A stretch of DNA of 64,000 nt from Lobosporangium transversale. Taxonomy: Eukaryota. A program made the translations under genes and the position numbers. The notes under the pieces were generated by a model that saw nothing but the letters and a program-made list of their open reading frames with translations, had not been told where the DNA came from and ran no database searches. Position 1 is the first letter of the stretch, and the number at the start of each line of letters is the position of its first letter. Below, piece by piece: positions 1 to 17,416 of this stretch. The stretch is taken from the NCBI RefSeq assembly GCF_002105155.1, contig NW_019028997.1:186001-250000 (forward strand). The letters are read 5' to 3'.

Positions 1-3777
<3,777 letters not shown>

Positions 3778-3884
3778 AAGAAATGCTATGCATAGACTAT
3801 TGTACCATAGACATCATTATAATAAATACAGCTAGTTTTCTTCTAGTTCGTAGCCCACAAGCTATTGGTTTTTTTTTTTTTTGT

Positions 3885-6800
3885 TTAATGATCAAATTTT
3901 TCATGACAATGGTCAACCAGAGTCATCATACCCTTGACCAAATATGCCAGCTTGTCAGAGTTGTTGGGATCTGTCCCAAGGATATCTTCAACAGTCCAGT
4001 CAGCAACTGTTCCTGGGATCATAGTCAGATTGGAGACGAGCTTGTGGTTAATCGTCTCATCGTACACCTAAAACATACAAGCCAACATCTCTTCCTGTTA
4101 GTCCAATCATTGTGGATATAGGAGTCATAAACAATAACAACAATATGATGCATCAACAAGGAATGTTCTCTATTACCTCAAATTCAAACCACTTCTTGCC
4201 AGATCCTCCCGTTCTGCCTGTAACAGTGTCAAGACCTTCGGCTCTGATCAAGTTCAATTCTTCAATGCGATGGATCACGGTTACATAATCTCCCATTTTT
4301 TCATATGTTCGGGTGTCTCTAAAGTTGATAGCACGGACCGTAAGGAAATCCTTGACATTGTGACAGGTAATGTGGCTATTGTGAGTGCTATTAAATACAA
4401 GCATAAATGCATACAGATTGTTAATATACTACATAGCACGAAAATGAATATACAAATCGTGTATGCATAGCATTCTAACTCAACTTCAAACGCCTACCCA
4501 ATTGAAAGCTTCTTGCGGAAAACACTGAAAGGCTTGACGTCCGTTCGTCCGAGAGCGGTTTTTGTGTTATAACTAACCCCTTCGCGCGCTTCAAGGGCAA
4601 TCGCAAAGTCCATGTGTTTGTCCATTGCGTTCCAAGTCACCTCACCATATGTCTCCCAGGGGGTCACCACGCGTTCTAAAGTGGCTATAGTCGAAGGAAT
4701 GGTCACCAACGTACGAGTATACTTTGATGTTGGGTTGGTTCTTGTATCACATTCAATCTCGAAAGAAGCAGATTCTGACTTAGGTGACCCTAAAAGCCCG
4801 TAAAGATTATTCACATTGTCATTGATGGTTGTAACACTATTTAGTCAATGAGATGAACCAAGATGGATGTTAATGGATATAAAATTTATGGGCGTAAAGC
4901 ATAACGTATTTCCCATGCATCCCTATTACGTCTATTATTTATATTATGCCTTAAGGCATAAAGTGTGTTATCCTTAACTCGCTTAAACTTACATTGGGGA
5001 AAATATGGGGCGAAGCTCACGATGTTGAGAAATGAGGTTTTCAAGCTGTGTATATTCCCAGAACTTATTAGGTCCAGACTTAGTGGGATACATAACACAT
5101 CCAATTCGCCCGACAAGTCGCATTTCCTTGCGTTGCCCTCGCAGCTCCTTCAGGCCGTTCCAGATGGACTCTGTGAGTCGGCGCATATTGTATCGCCTGA
5201 TCTCGTAGTTGAATGTGTTTAAAGGTGCATGTGAACCTGGATTAGACTGAACTGGTGATGCTTGCAATTGTGGCAAAACGCGTAAAGTCCTCTGGGCATC
5301 CTTTCTTTCCTTAGATGGGTCCCGCAACCTGGCCTGCTCTAATCCCTTACTATCGCTTTCTTTTGGTCTGGAGTCAGGGAGATTCTCGAGGAATTCAAGT
5401 TCTCGCTCTCCAAAAACAAGATTACCATTTACTGATCTGCTGGTTGGTTGGTTTGCATTTGATTCGGTTGTACCTCGTTGAGGCTGTGGCTTTGGTGCGT
5501 TGAAACCGAGACCAGGAGACCCCACTTGACGTACGGGCGGCAATTTGGGCATACCAGACTTGGAAGCTGGCTTGGGAGCCGCCTTTGAAGGGCCGGATAA
5601 TGAAGGGAAATCATCTTCATCTCGAGTTTCGAAAGCGGTCGCCGCCCATTCCAACTGCGGTGCTGGGCGAACGACTCCTTGACTGGAGGAAGACGGTCGC
5701 ATTGATGGCGGCCTACTTGCATTTAATCCACCCCAAGCCACTTGGGTAGAAGATTGAGCTGGAGCCCCAACCGTTGGCGATGACTCTTTCCAGGACGACC
5801 ATGGTGTGGGCACCTCCTTCTCAAATGTGTTACGGCCTTTCATTGCCCCAGAGCCACTAGAGCCGGTTGACAGGCTTCCCGTCTCTTGCGATTCAGATGC
5901 ACGAGAATAGGAATTACGAGAAGGTGAGGGCGATGAGGATTGGTTTTGCTGGTCTCGGGATGGTGATCCTCTATTCAAAGGCTGCTGAGGTGACCCCCTT
6001 CCAGACTGGGTGCCGCCGCTAGTGGCATTGTTGGATTGCAGCTTTGGTTGCATATTGGGAGCACGAGAAGGTAATCTGACATTGTTGGCTAGAACCCAAG
6101 TGGCACGAGACGCGTCATAAACAGCCTTTTCAATGACACACATTTGCTTGGGGCTCATCTGTGACAGAGATGAAGGCAAATAAGCTAATATCTTTGAATA
6201 GTAAGTATGCTCCTCAACTGGAAAAAAGAAAAGACGAAACTCATCGCGGTTGCTCCCGTAAACAAGCGTGGCTTTGTCAAGGCGAAATGGGGCACGGAGA
6301 AAATATTCTTGAGCCAGCTGCAGCTGTTGGTAGACCATATTGACATTGGCAACTGCATCGCCTGTAATTTTGACAATCTATTGTAATTGGTTGTACCATA
6401 AAGCAAGAAAAAACCCAAGATTAGACTTAATCTTTCAAACGTACTTTTCGTAGCCCCAGTTGCGCAACTTCACTTACGCGCCCATCTGCAACCACTTCGG
6501 CAGTGCAGAAATAGGTTTCGGCGAGCACTGTTGGGAGATCAAGTTTTTGTCTCTTATCCGCGTAATACATTTCAAAAGGATTATCAACCCTGTCATCAAC
6601 CCGAAATTCCATAGTATGCCTAGGTTTTTCATCAGCTTTGATAGATGGCACAGACACAGATAGAGCATCGAGGTCAATTAGCAATTCTGAGGACCCGTCT
6701 GTGGAAGTTGATGAAGCTGCGGGTGTGGATAAATCTTGAGGTATATCACGAAAGGGCTTTAGTGGATAGTTTGGTGGCACAGGACACTAGATGATGCATG

Positions 6801-7166
6801 AGAAATAAAGGTAATGAGTGAGCTGACTATCTCGCATTCTATACATTCCGCACGACCACTATATCAAGTCTACCTTGCTGGCGAGCAAATCACTTAAGGC
6901 TACCATCCTACATCGATTATATATAAAACAAAACAACATTAGTAGCCACAGTAAACAAGTAGAGGGAAAGCTGCGAAGTAGCTATGCTTACGCTTGCTTT
7001 TGCATGCTTGGGTTTGCGCCGTTGATCACGAACATCTAGTGGTACATTTTAAGATAAATTTGCAAGCAATTTTGTTAGCCCGAATGTGTAAAATATGATC
7101 AAAACCGACTCATTTCTTTCTTTCTAGGAAGTTGCCCCGGCAGACTTACGAAGTTGATGTGATCAT
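3885..7166 (-). CDS. Multi-exon hypothetical protein with a Ser/Pro-rich middle and a folded C-terminal domain
   Basis: Collinear minus-strand ORFs 6427-6780, 4989-6338, 4494-4814, 4153-4404 and 3885-4067 are separated by short GT-AG introns. Probable ATG at 7166 followed by small exons. Confidence 0.7.
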
Positions 7167-9114
7167 ATTTGATAGTTGACGCGTTTTGCTGGGCTATGTG
7201 ACTTTGTTGGAAGAAAAAAGGAGTGATGGATCAAGGAAAGATAGTTGTGGAAAATGAGTTTTAGACAAAGAATAAAAAAAGAGCGTAAATATGCAGCTTA
7301 TCAATCCCTAGTTAATTCGTACTGAACCGTATCTCTTAGGCTAGTAATTTCATCTGTCGTCCATCGGTGCATAGAATGGAGATAGAACGTTGGGATCACT
7401 ACCATGATGAGGAAAATTAAAAATAATAACAATCAGTATTGAGGCTACGAATAGTTATGTGTTCTTCGCATTATGGATTGGCCTGGTTTGATAGCAGTTG
7501 AATCATGCATCAGAGCATGCACACATGCCTTGAGAGGGATCCATGCTGAATTAGTAAATCTTCCAAAGCGTAATGTCGTCGATCTACTGTCCTAGCTCAA
7601 TGTTTCCAACGAGTTTAATCAAAGGAAAAAGGAATAAGAGAGGGCATTGTCCAGCGATCTTGTGACTGGTTTCCTCAATCAAGACGCGTCTTTCTTGGAT
7701 TTCTTCTAATAGGTCAAAAGTTATCGCTTGTCATTTTCATGACATGGCGTTTCTTCCTTTTCTTTTTTGACCTTGTTGCAGCCTTTTCTATAGAGAAAGG
7801 TGAGTGGAGCAAGGAGGCATCGAAAAGGTCTAACTGGCTGTGCACTGCAATAGAAGGGTCACTTCATCGCCATTTCCTCTTTCGTCTTTGCTTGGCTCCT
7901 TCCTTAGCTTCTTTAAATACGGGATTCTCTTTCCCTCTCCTGCCTCACCCGCGCACGTTTGTGTAGAACCTATTTGAGTGTGTGCACCCTAGAAGTGCCA
8001 ACAAGCTTTAAGTTGATCGGAAAGATGGTATGAATTCGGAACGCTTAACTGCGTTATACCATAGCCTTCAAACTATCAGCCAGTATTGTAATTTTTTAAG
8101 ACAGAGATGGCTAATCAACAATGTACATGCACCAGGTATTGCATTAAGTTTCTCGGTAGTTGACCTGTGCTACATAATGGGGAAAAGGGCTCGAGTAAAC
8201 GTTTGGATGGCCCATTACCAAGCATTGCTAACATATGGTGAACGAAAATGCGCGGTTCTGCATATCACTTTGGGTATGGTTTACCTTGGATAAAGAGACA
8301 TGTTAATGGCTAAAAGATATTTTTTTCTGGGGATCCACACTCACTCCATACATATTTACATTCTCTTCTCTCTCATCTTATTCAGCAGGCGTGTCTTGCT
8401 CCATTTGCGAGCGCTGAACCCTTTATGTAGATTTTTTACCAGGTCATCCGTCTTGTCTCTACTTTATTCTTCTATTATTCCTTTTCCGTCTTTCTATTGA
8501 TCTTCTTTTCGTTTGCGATAATAGCTGTACAATTTCCGGTCAGCTCTTCTTCCCGGTTCTCCAGCTCGCCGCTTGACTAGATCTTCCTCTCCATTTAAAT
8601 TTGTTTCTTCTGTGGTTTACATTCTCTAATCACTCGTCTAATATTCTCATTTATTGCACTTACTGCCACTATCACCGTTATCATTAATCCAAATGCGCTA
8701 ATAAACCTTGACTGCTCAGAATATCCATCCATCCCTTTGCCCAGTAATAATTGCCGCAAGCCCTATTTCTCAATTTTTATTTCCAGTTTCATGTCCATTG
8801 AAAACCATGCCAGATGAGAACAAAAACCTCCTAATACTGACACTAACTCCTGTGGCTGCAAGCCTATATAGGGTTTTGCCCATTTTCATGCAAACGTACT
8901 CCAGAAAAAACGACTACATGGCTAGTGGCATTTTCGTTGTGGAGCTGACGCAACACAAGAAGTAAACCAAACGAATGATATGGAAAAGAATCCGCTGCGA
9001 AATGTTGTGCTGTGTTAAAATAGACGTATCGTACTATACAGCATTCAATGAACTACTTTATTGCATAAATGGAAGCACGTATTACCGAATATCGATTGAA
9101 GAAGAAGCTGCTTA

Positions 9115-12100
9115 TTACAATATTCTTGTCTCCCCTGGAGTCAACCAAACTGTGCCTAACTCATCTGCACTACCCTTTTCTGCAATGCTATCATCGCTGC
9201 GACCCACCACAATAACTCCCTTCCATCCTGGAATGACGCGATTTCCCGAAGCAGTTTTTACAATGGTAAGATGAGAGTGAGCTTCACCAATGGACATAGA
9301 TGAACAGCCACGGTTACATTGAGCGCATACAATCCGCCGGTAAAATAGGCCATCCTCTGGACGCCATATACAATCCAACTCATCCATGCTAAGCTGTGTC
9401 TCAGAATCTTCCTTGACATTTGACTTTGAAATCACTAGGATCATTGTCCCTGCAGAAGGCTCCGCAGCCAATGAGACAACACCTTCCAAACTTTGATTAC
9501 TAATAGACCGCTTGAGCGCAGGAATTAGTGACCTCATTCCTGATGTACCATTGGTATTAGGAATATAATCATTTGTAACGACTGATGTCTGTTGGTTCAT
9601 AGATTGTGCAAATAACAATCCATCCTGGATTTCTCGCTTACGGTTCATCACCATCTCATTGGCCATTGATTTATGCACTATCTTGATCTTGGGACGCTCA
9701 GAGCAAGACAACAAAGGTCCACTGCATACCTTACAAACTACACGAAGATCAATATCGGATCCTAATCCAGATAGGACCATGGACTTCTTAGTCAGCGAAT
9801 TTGACACGTCTAGCTCATAAGGAAATTCGGATGGCCAAACAGGTAGAGATCGTACTGATGAAAATGCAGAATACAAAGGAGACGACGCTTTAGGATGGGG
9901 ATGTGTGCTATCTACACTTTGTGACGAAGGGGCACGACTCTCGGCATCAATATTCGTGGATGAAATAGACACTGGCATAAGCGCAGTCGCTTCGGTGATA
10001 GACATGCCTGGAGTCTCAGAAGAATTGCGTTTAGCGGTAGTACTCATGTCTGATACAGCCTCATGGGCTTGCATGTTATCGCCTTCATCGAGGTTTTGAA
10101 AGTCATCAGATTCATTAGACCTCTGCTGCGTTTCGCTTTCGCTTTCGCTCTCGAAACCAGCATCCAACTCTGCAGTGACATCTGCTTCAAGATCAGAGCC
10201 CCAGTCGTCATCCGCCCCATGCTGCTGTGCCTCAGACACCGCGTGGTAAATATCATCACTGCAAAGTTGCTTCTGCATTTGACTGCGCCTGTTATCGTTA
10301 GCACCATCTAACAGGCCATCGGCTGGATCAAGCGCCCATTCATTATTCCAATCATTAATATCCGATCCGTCCTGGCCAGCAGGACCCCCATAATCAACAT
10401 CCTCATTCTTTGGTTCATGTAACTTTGCCTCTAGGTCCGTTGTTATATGACCCACAGTGTCTTCACATGTTGAAATATCTCCCTCTGGTTTTCCTTCCCG
10501 TTCGCCCAGTTGAATGGATTTAACTTCCGAATTGACGATTGCCTCTTCTCTCCTGTCGTTCCCTTCCTGCCTCGAGCTATCTATCGAAAGATCATCGGTG
10601 ACTTGGACAGCATGACATGCTTCTTGTCTATCCTGCCCTGGTGCTTGTTCAATAAGCGTAGTTACTTCTCTAACAACCTCTTCTAGTATAACAACTCCGT
10701 CAGAACATAGGGGCTTTATCCATGTCATCATATCATTAACTCCTTGCTCAAAATCCCAAAAAGTCCTGACAAGCGGGCGTACCCATTTAGATAGACACTG
10801 CTGGTTGGAAAGCTGACTAAAACGATGGTCCAATAACACCATGGCACCCCAGTCTCGTCGGTGTCGAATACAGCGACCAATAGCCTGATTGTATGCTCGA
10901 AAAGCCTGGATCTCATACCAGCGATTGCCATTAAGCAATGGCCGGCCTTGATTGCGTTTAGCAATCATTGCTGCAAGCTGAGCGCTCTGTGCAGAATTGC
11001 CACTGGAATGATCCAGGCTCTGCAAAGATTGATGATGCATCAACTGAGTGTGTTCACGATACCGTCGGGATTGACTATCGTTATACTCTTTCTTTAACTT
11101 GATCTTGAGGTCATGAAGCCCTGGGAAAGGGATGCTCACTGCTAGTACAGCCCGACAGTTGGAGTCTGTAAAATCGATCCCTTCGGAGCATTTACCTCGA
11201 AAAACTGCAAACATGATGGCGCCCCCATTGGATCCTTTTTCTACATGACTCGCAATGTGTGCATAAAATCCTCTGAGTGTTTTGTCAAAAATTTTGTTTG
11301 GTGCTTTCCTCGGCTCCTGTATCACCTTTTTGATAGCGCATAAGCGGTCGTACTGTCCGGTTGCACGCCAACGAGCCATCAGGTTATCCAAAAGGCTATA
11401 GGAGGATAGGAAGCAAAGGACTCCGTGAGGCGTTATGGTGATGATTCGCTCTATAACGCGCCCAAGCTCATCTTGGTATGGGTAACTGCTTGCAGAGCGG
11501 TAGGTACCATCCATCTTGACACCATTTGGTCCAAGCGGGAGTGCTCCTGCCCATACTTGCGACTTTTGAATGATGTGACCTGCCTCTAGTTGGATCTTGA
11601 AAGATGTTTGGAGCTCGGAGGCAAAGGTGTCCATAGGTGAAAGCGTGCCACTAGTAAGGATAATCGATCGTACTTTCGAGGAGATCGGCTGGAATATGAG
11701 GCCAGGATTCATGCACCAAAATTTGAGCTCTCTTATTTTTGCTGCAATTTTCCCTTTCAGTAAACTGGTCTGGGTCTTTCTTTGAGCTGGTTTCCTCTTT
11801 CCTTTGGTGGAAGAGCCTCCACCCCTTTCTGCTTCATCCGAACTTTCTGCATCATCTGCACTTCCATTATCTGCGCTTGGATCGCGGCGAGCTACAGACT
11901 CTACTAGTACGACTTTATAGTCGTCTACACAATCCAGATCCGGATCCATTAGTCGCATAAGTACCGTTATAATCCCTTCCATCACACGCAAAGTTCTTGG
12001 AGAAATAGCAATGTAAGCTTCTGGATCAAATTTGGGCTTTCCTCCTTCAATTTCCCTGGAAGTATTATTATTTCGCTTATTCAGCTCTTTAAGTTGGTCC

Positions 12101-14699
12101 TTCTGCTCTTTAAGAGCTTTGGACAACCCTTGGCATGCTCGGTCATAAACATGAATAGTATGTCTGCTGACACCGCGCCTGTCGAGATTCGCAAGCATCT
12201 CTTGACCTGTCCAACTAGTTTTTAATCATTTAACTGCCAGTATCAGAGTTTATATATTTCTTTTATAAAAAAATATAAAAAAAAAAGGTTTCAAGCCAAG
12301 TTACTTACATTTCTGTGGATTGTTCATACTCTCTAATACTAAACTTGACTTGGTCATTCAGCATAGATAAAAACATTTCCGCGAGCTGCGTGATTGAAAG
12401 ATATTAAGGCATTTCAGCAGAAGAACAAATAATGAGATGCACATTTGTCATCATTAAGGTGAGAACATAAATATGAAGTATAGAGATTCCGATGCCACTT
12501 ACATTCCGGAGTGGTAAGCACCAATCGACAAGGTTATTACGCTTGACCATATCTCCGAATTGCATTGCGGCTGCCGTCAAGTCACTGTCCACAACTTCTA
12601 GGCCTCCTGCTTCTCTTGCCGCGTCCTCGATATTGTGAGCCTCATCCAGGATCACTATGCTTTCGTCGAGATTAATCTCCATGGCTCTACGGATTTCTAT
12701 CATGAACAAAAAAAAAACGTTAATATGCTGCAAACTAACTGGAAACTGGAGAGGCACAGATTTCTTATAGGACTTACGAGGATCGATCAGATAGCCATAG
12801 GGGCAGAACACGAGCTCTGCATCTACAGCCATTGACCTCGCGGCGAAGTAAGGACATGCTGTTTTTCAAAGGAGGAAATAACAAAAATAGTAATAATAAA
12901 GTTAATTGCCAATTTTTGTTTTTTTTTTCCTTTTTTTTTTTAATGAATAGGAGAAATGTTTACCTCGAAGGCTCTTCCCTGTTTTCACAAGATCCTCCAT
13001 ATCCCATATTTTGTTTTGACCGCCTTTGCGTTCAGTGAATTTCATGGCTAATTCACCTGCTCGGGACTTTTGATAGCAACCTTCACCAGTAACACTATCA
13101 AGAAGCTCTTGGCATGCATCATTCTTGTTTGTTACTTTCTTTAGATGTGGATTGATGCAATAGTGGTTTCGACTTCCCAAAACGACCATCTCTAAATGTT
13201 TTCATTTATTTTTTTTACAAAGAGTAAGGCCATTTTCATTTGTTTTCTTTCATTCGCATATCCATCTCATTGGCCATATAGACGATGTTGCAAAGTAATC
13301 AACCAGGAAATGTCTTACTTGGTCGATATACCGTGTTCGATTTTAGCTCTTTGACTAATTGAGTAATTTGTTTGTGTCTAAAAAAGACCCCATTTTAGGA
13401 GCCATTGACACAGTTGAAAATTTCAAGCATCAATACTATTTGAATATTCCCAACAAACTTACGTTCGACTTCCAAAGTATATCTTTGGTATATTTCTGTA
13501 ACCGTGTGTGCTATTTCCTGGATGCTTATCCCCAGTTGAGGTAATTGATCTAGACGGCTCTTCAGCTTTTTCATATTGGATTTCTATCACGTCTTTTAGA
13601 CCCTTAGCTACACTATCTTTTCTTGTAGGCTTAAAAGCCTCGTCATCCTGAATTGTAGCACTGCATTTTATATACGGTATAGCTTTGGGTTCTGTTGATG
13701 GCTGTGGATCAATTATCAAATTGGAATCGGGTAATTGGCCATCATTCGCTTCTCCTAATATCATTGAAGATCCACAGGACGCAGCGCAAGGCCCACAACC
13801 TGACGGATTATAAGACGCTGTCGAATCCAAAAAAGTACTGGAAGTATTGGTGTCTAAATATTTTTCATCCGTAAAATATGGTGATTCAACGATTTCCCCC
13901 TGCTTTGCTTTGAGTTCCATTTGCTTTGCCTTTGCTCTGATTGCCATTCGCTTTCCCTTTTCAGATTCTAACCAAGCAAGGGCCCCACAAAGTAGCGCCA
14001 ATGATTTACCGGAGCCTGAATATGATTTTTAGTAAGGGCTCTTTTTTAGCAATATCTGTGGCCCACGGGTGCATTTGACATGAATAAGATCCATCCTACC
14101 TGTAGGGCTTTCAAGCAGTGCATTTTCCTCCGTCTGAAGTGCCTTAACAATCTGTCACTCAAAAGATAGCATTTATAGAGATGTTCATTACATGTTAAAG
14201 CCTTTGTTTGGAAAACGGGCAGGGCAGTGTGAAGTATTTCACTGTCATTTTTCTCGCTTATACCTTGCTCATCATTTCCCGCTGTGATTCATAAGGAGCG
14301 AAAGGGAATTTAACCTTGATCTGAGCACAAAACAATAAGAAATTCTGACCATTAGATGTGATTGAATTAAAAAGCTGCACCTTTTATGAGAGAGCTCAGA
14401 AGGTGGCAAAAGAAACCTACACCTTCAATCACGAACTCTACTGGTACTACGTTGGATGCAGACTCAGAGGATGAAAGCTTAGATGATGAGCTTGGCTTAT
14501 GAGTAAAATAACCCTGTCTAAAGCGCTTCTTGCCACTATGGTTACTATTGTCATCAGTCCCGTTGGCTGTATCCGAGTCAGAGCTGAATACCGAAACATT
14601 AAGACGTGATTGGGATGTCGAAGATGTGCCTCCATTGCTCCTGCTGTTGCTAGTTAGAGTCGTCGGTAATCTGCGCTTTCGCCTTTGCTCCTGTGACAT
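9115..14699 (-). CDS. BRIP1: XPD-family Fe-S cluster DNA helicase, FANCJ/BRIP1-like
   Basis: Spliced motifs FPFAPY, ALLESPTGSGKSLALLC (Walker A), IYFGSRTHKQ, Fe-S cysteines (SRNHYCINP, ACQEL, GCY, CPYFAAR), ILDEAHN, LTSGTLSP, FRGKCSEGIDF and NQAIGRCIRHRRDWG. Confidence 0.9.
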
Positions 14700-15522
14700 G
14701 TTGCCTGGCGAAATCTAGGATCAATGCGTGAATCCATTAAAACATCTCTGCCTTGATGTTCGATGTCAAGGGTGGTGGCTGTTCTGGTCAGAACTTTTTT
14801 AGCCACTTTCGTTGGACAGTGTGCCATGAAATGCTCTGCTGAAAATCACATATTTTTCCTGCGCTAAATCCATGTCACACAAATAAAGAGAGGGCAGGCC
14901 CCAGGCATCCTCAATTCAGAGATTCATTGGTACATCTTTGAATATGGAATTTGTGGAAAGAACTTTTGGTAGATGCACAGAAAGAAACATCGTATTTCAA
15001 ACACCTTTGGAAGTGCAGTAGAGGTAGAGAAAGTTAGTTCGACGCTTTTTTAAGTAACAAGCGTAGAATTATCAGAGCTCTCTGCCTTCTCATAGACATA
15101 TAGCGATGCAAGAGTACGGGTCCATGGGTTGATATCATTAGTGGAGCTGGATGAATGAGTGACAACAGTGGTAAAAAGTGAGTGAGAGCATGAATCGGCA
15201 AGTTCTGGGATAAAAACAAGGTGATAATAACATTGACTAATGGTTTTAGTACCATTGACAATTGAACAAGGCAGAAAGGATCAGCAACATTTATAACTGT
15301 AAAAGTTGTGCTAAATGAAGGGTTGTAGAGCGTGAAAGTGCAAACGAAGCAGCTAGTGTTTAACTATGAGCACGCACTTGAGGATTGCCTCTAAGATTTC
15401 ATCAAGAGCGTGGTGAAAGTAGTTAAAGCATGCTTTATTTATTCCTTCGTTGAGATTATATGCATTGTTTTCTTCAACTTCTTAAAGCATTACTGTCTAT
15501 CGGTCTAAAGCACTCCTTCATG

Positions 15523-16611
15523 TTATAGCTCTTCTGTGTTAATCAAAGTATTATCGATCAAACGCGTGGTGCCAATATAAACAGCTCCTGACAAAATGGC
15601 TGCTTGGTTCTTGCCCAAAATCTCAAGCTCACTCAAAGTTTCGACATCGACCAGAGATAGATAATCCAATCGTACCTCAAAAGGCAAACCCTGAGCTTTG
15701 ACTTGCTGACTGACTTGCTCAATGATCCTGTACGCGGGCTGCAGAATAGCGGTACGTTCCTGAGCTCCATTCTTGACAATGGCTTCCTTGGCAGCTGAAA
15801 TCGCCTTGTAGAGTACAGTAGCAACCTCTCTCATTTCTGGAGTTAGATAACGATTACGGGAGGACATAGCTAGGCCATCTGCCTCACGACATGTGGGTAC
15901 AGAACGCATTCGAATAGGCATTAATAAGTCTCTGATCATGGCACGTAAGACCACACATTGTTGAGCATCCTTTTGACCAAAGAAGGCACGATCAGGTTGG
16001 ACAATATTGAAGAGCTTTGCGACAACTGTAGCGACCCCACGGAAGAAATGAGGGCGAGGGATGCCCTCCATCTGATGAGACAAGCCCTGGACTTCGACAA
16101 ATGCACCGCGTTGTTGCGAACGATCAAGGGTGATACCAGCTGGATACATCTCACTGACCTTTGGCAATAAGATAGCAGCGCATGACTTTGTAGAGACCAA
16201 AGAGGCATAATCTGTATCAAACGTGCGGGGGTACCGATCCAGATCTTCATGGGGTGCAAACTGGGCAGGATTCACAAAGATAGAAACGACAACAGCGTCA
16301 CACTCTTTGCTTGCAGTCTCCACTACGATAAATGAACAAAATTTTACAACACATGATTTGCCGCGTGGAAAATGAAGCATTAGCGCGCAGCACTTTTTTC
16401 AATCCGATCAACTGTTGTGCACAAAAGTAATAAAAGTACATACCAAGACTCAAATGACCTTCATGCAGTGCTCCCATTGTAGGAACAAAGCCCACGGTCT
16501 TCTCCTGACGAGCCAACCCCTTGCGCCATGCACGGAAGGCAGCGATAGAATCAAAGACTGGGATTTCTCCTAGGACAGGGTTAAAGAAAATGCATGAAAA
16601 GACGTGAGTAT

Positions 16612-16643
<32 letters not shown>

Positions 16644-16905
16644 TGGCGTTGAAAGTGTCAGAAGACCTGCCTGTCGGAGCGTTAGTAGTGATGGCACCAG
16701 TAGTAGCCATAGTAGTGAAGGATGAAGAGGTCAAGCGTGCTAGGGAGGATGAAGTGATGGAATGACTAGAAGAATATAAATGAAAAGAGAAATGAGCATG
16801 AGACTGTGGGAATATTGAATGGCGGAATGTTCGTGTCACACTAATGGCTGAATTAGAAGCTTGACGAGCAGCGCAAGCAACAGCACCAGCAACCGCAAAA
16901 GACAT
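15523..16905 (-). CDS. PAN6: Pantoate--beta-alanine ligase (pantothenate synthetase)
   Basis: Motifs [47 protein letters not shown] and TRLIDN, split by two introns. The start codon is uncertain (16905 or 16710). Confidence 0.95.
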
Positions 16906-16938
16906 TTGAGTGAGAAATGGATACAAAAAAAAAGAAGC

Positions 16939-16969
<31 letters not shown>

Positions 16970-17416
16970 GCGACTCAAGCTGATTACCCTCTCTCTTGAT
17001 CTGATCTTTCAATGTTAGTTTTTTGCAATGTTGCCTGAACTAAAAAAGAAACGGTAGAAAGAGTTTCCTTTGAATTTATTATTAAAATTATTAAACTGCA
17101 ACTTTCAAAAAAGATGGTACCTTTTTGAAAACCTGTGTATGTTCCCACCCTGAACCTCCTCTTATTCTGAAATAGATAGCGGTCTTTCGTATTTATTACC
17201 CAACATGGATCCACACCCATAATTTAATTGATTATCAAACCCACAAGGCGGTTGATGCCGGTGATCCAAAATATTTCTATATTTCACCATGAGCAAGCCA
17301 CCGCCAACTGAATAAAAGATTAGATCAAAGTTGACTACGGAAATGCGTTTCCTCAGTGAATACGATGGCTGATGCCTCTCGTTCATTCTTCTCATTGAAT
17401 CACAACATCCCACTCA

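Noticed and set aside
7200..9100. Purine-rich coding-like stretches on the minus strand
   Set aside because: Frequent stops and no recognisable motifs. At most an unassignable relic.
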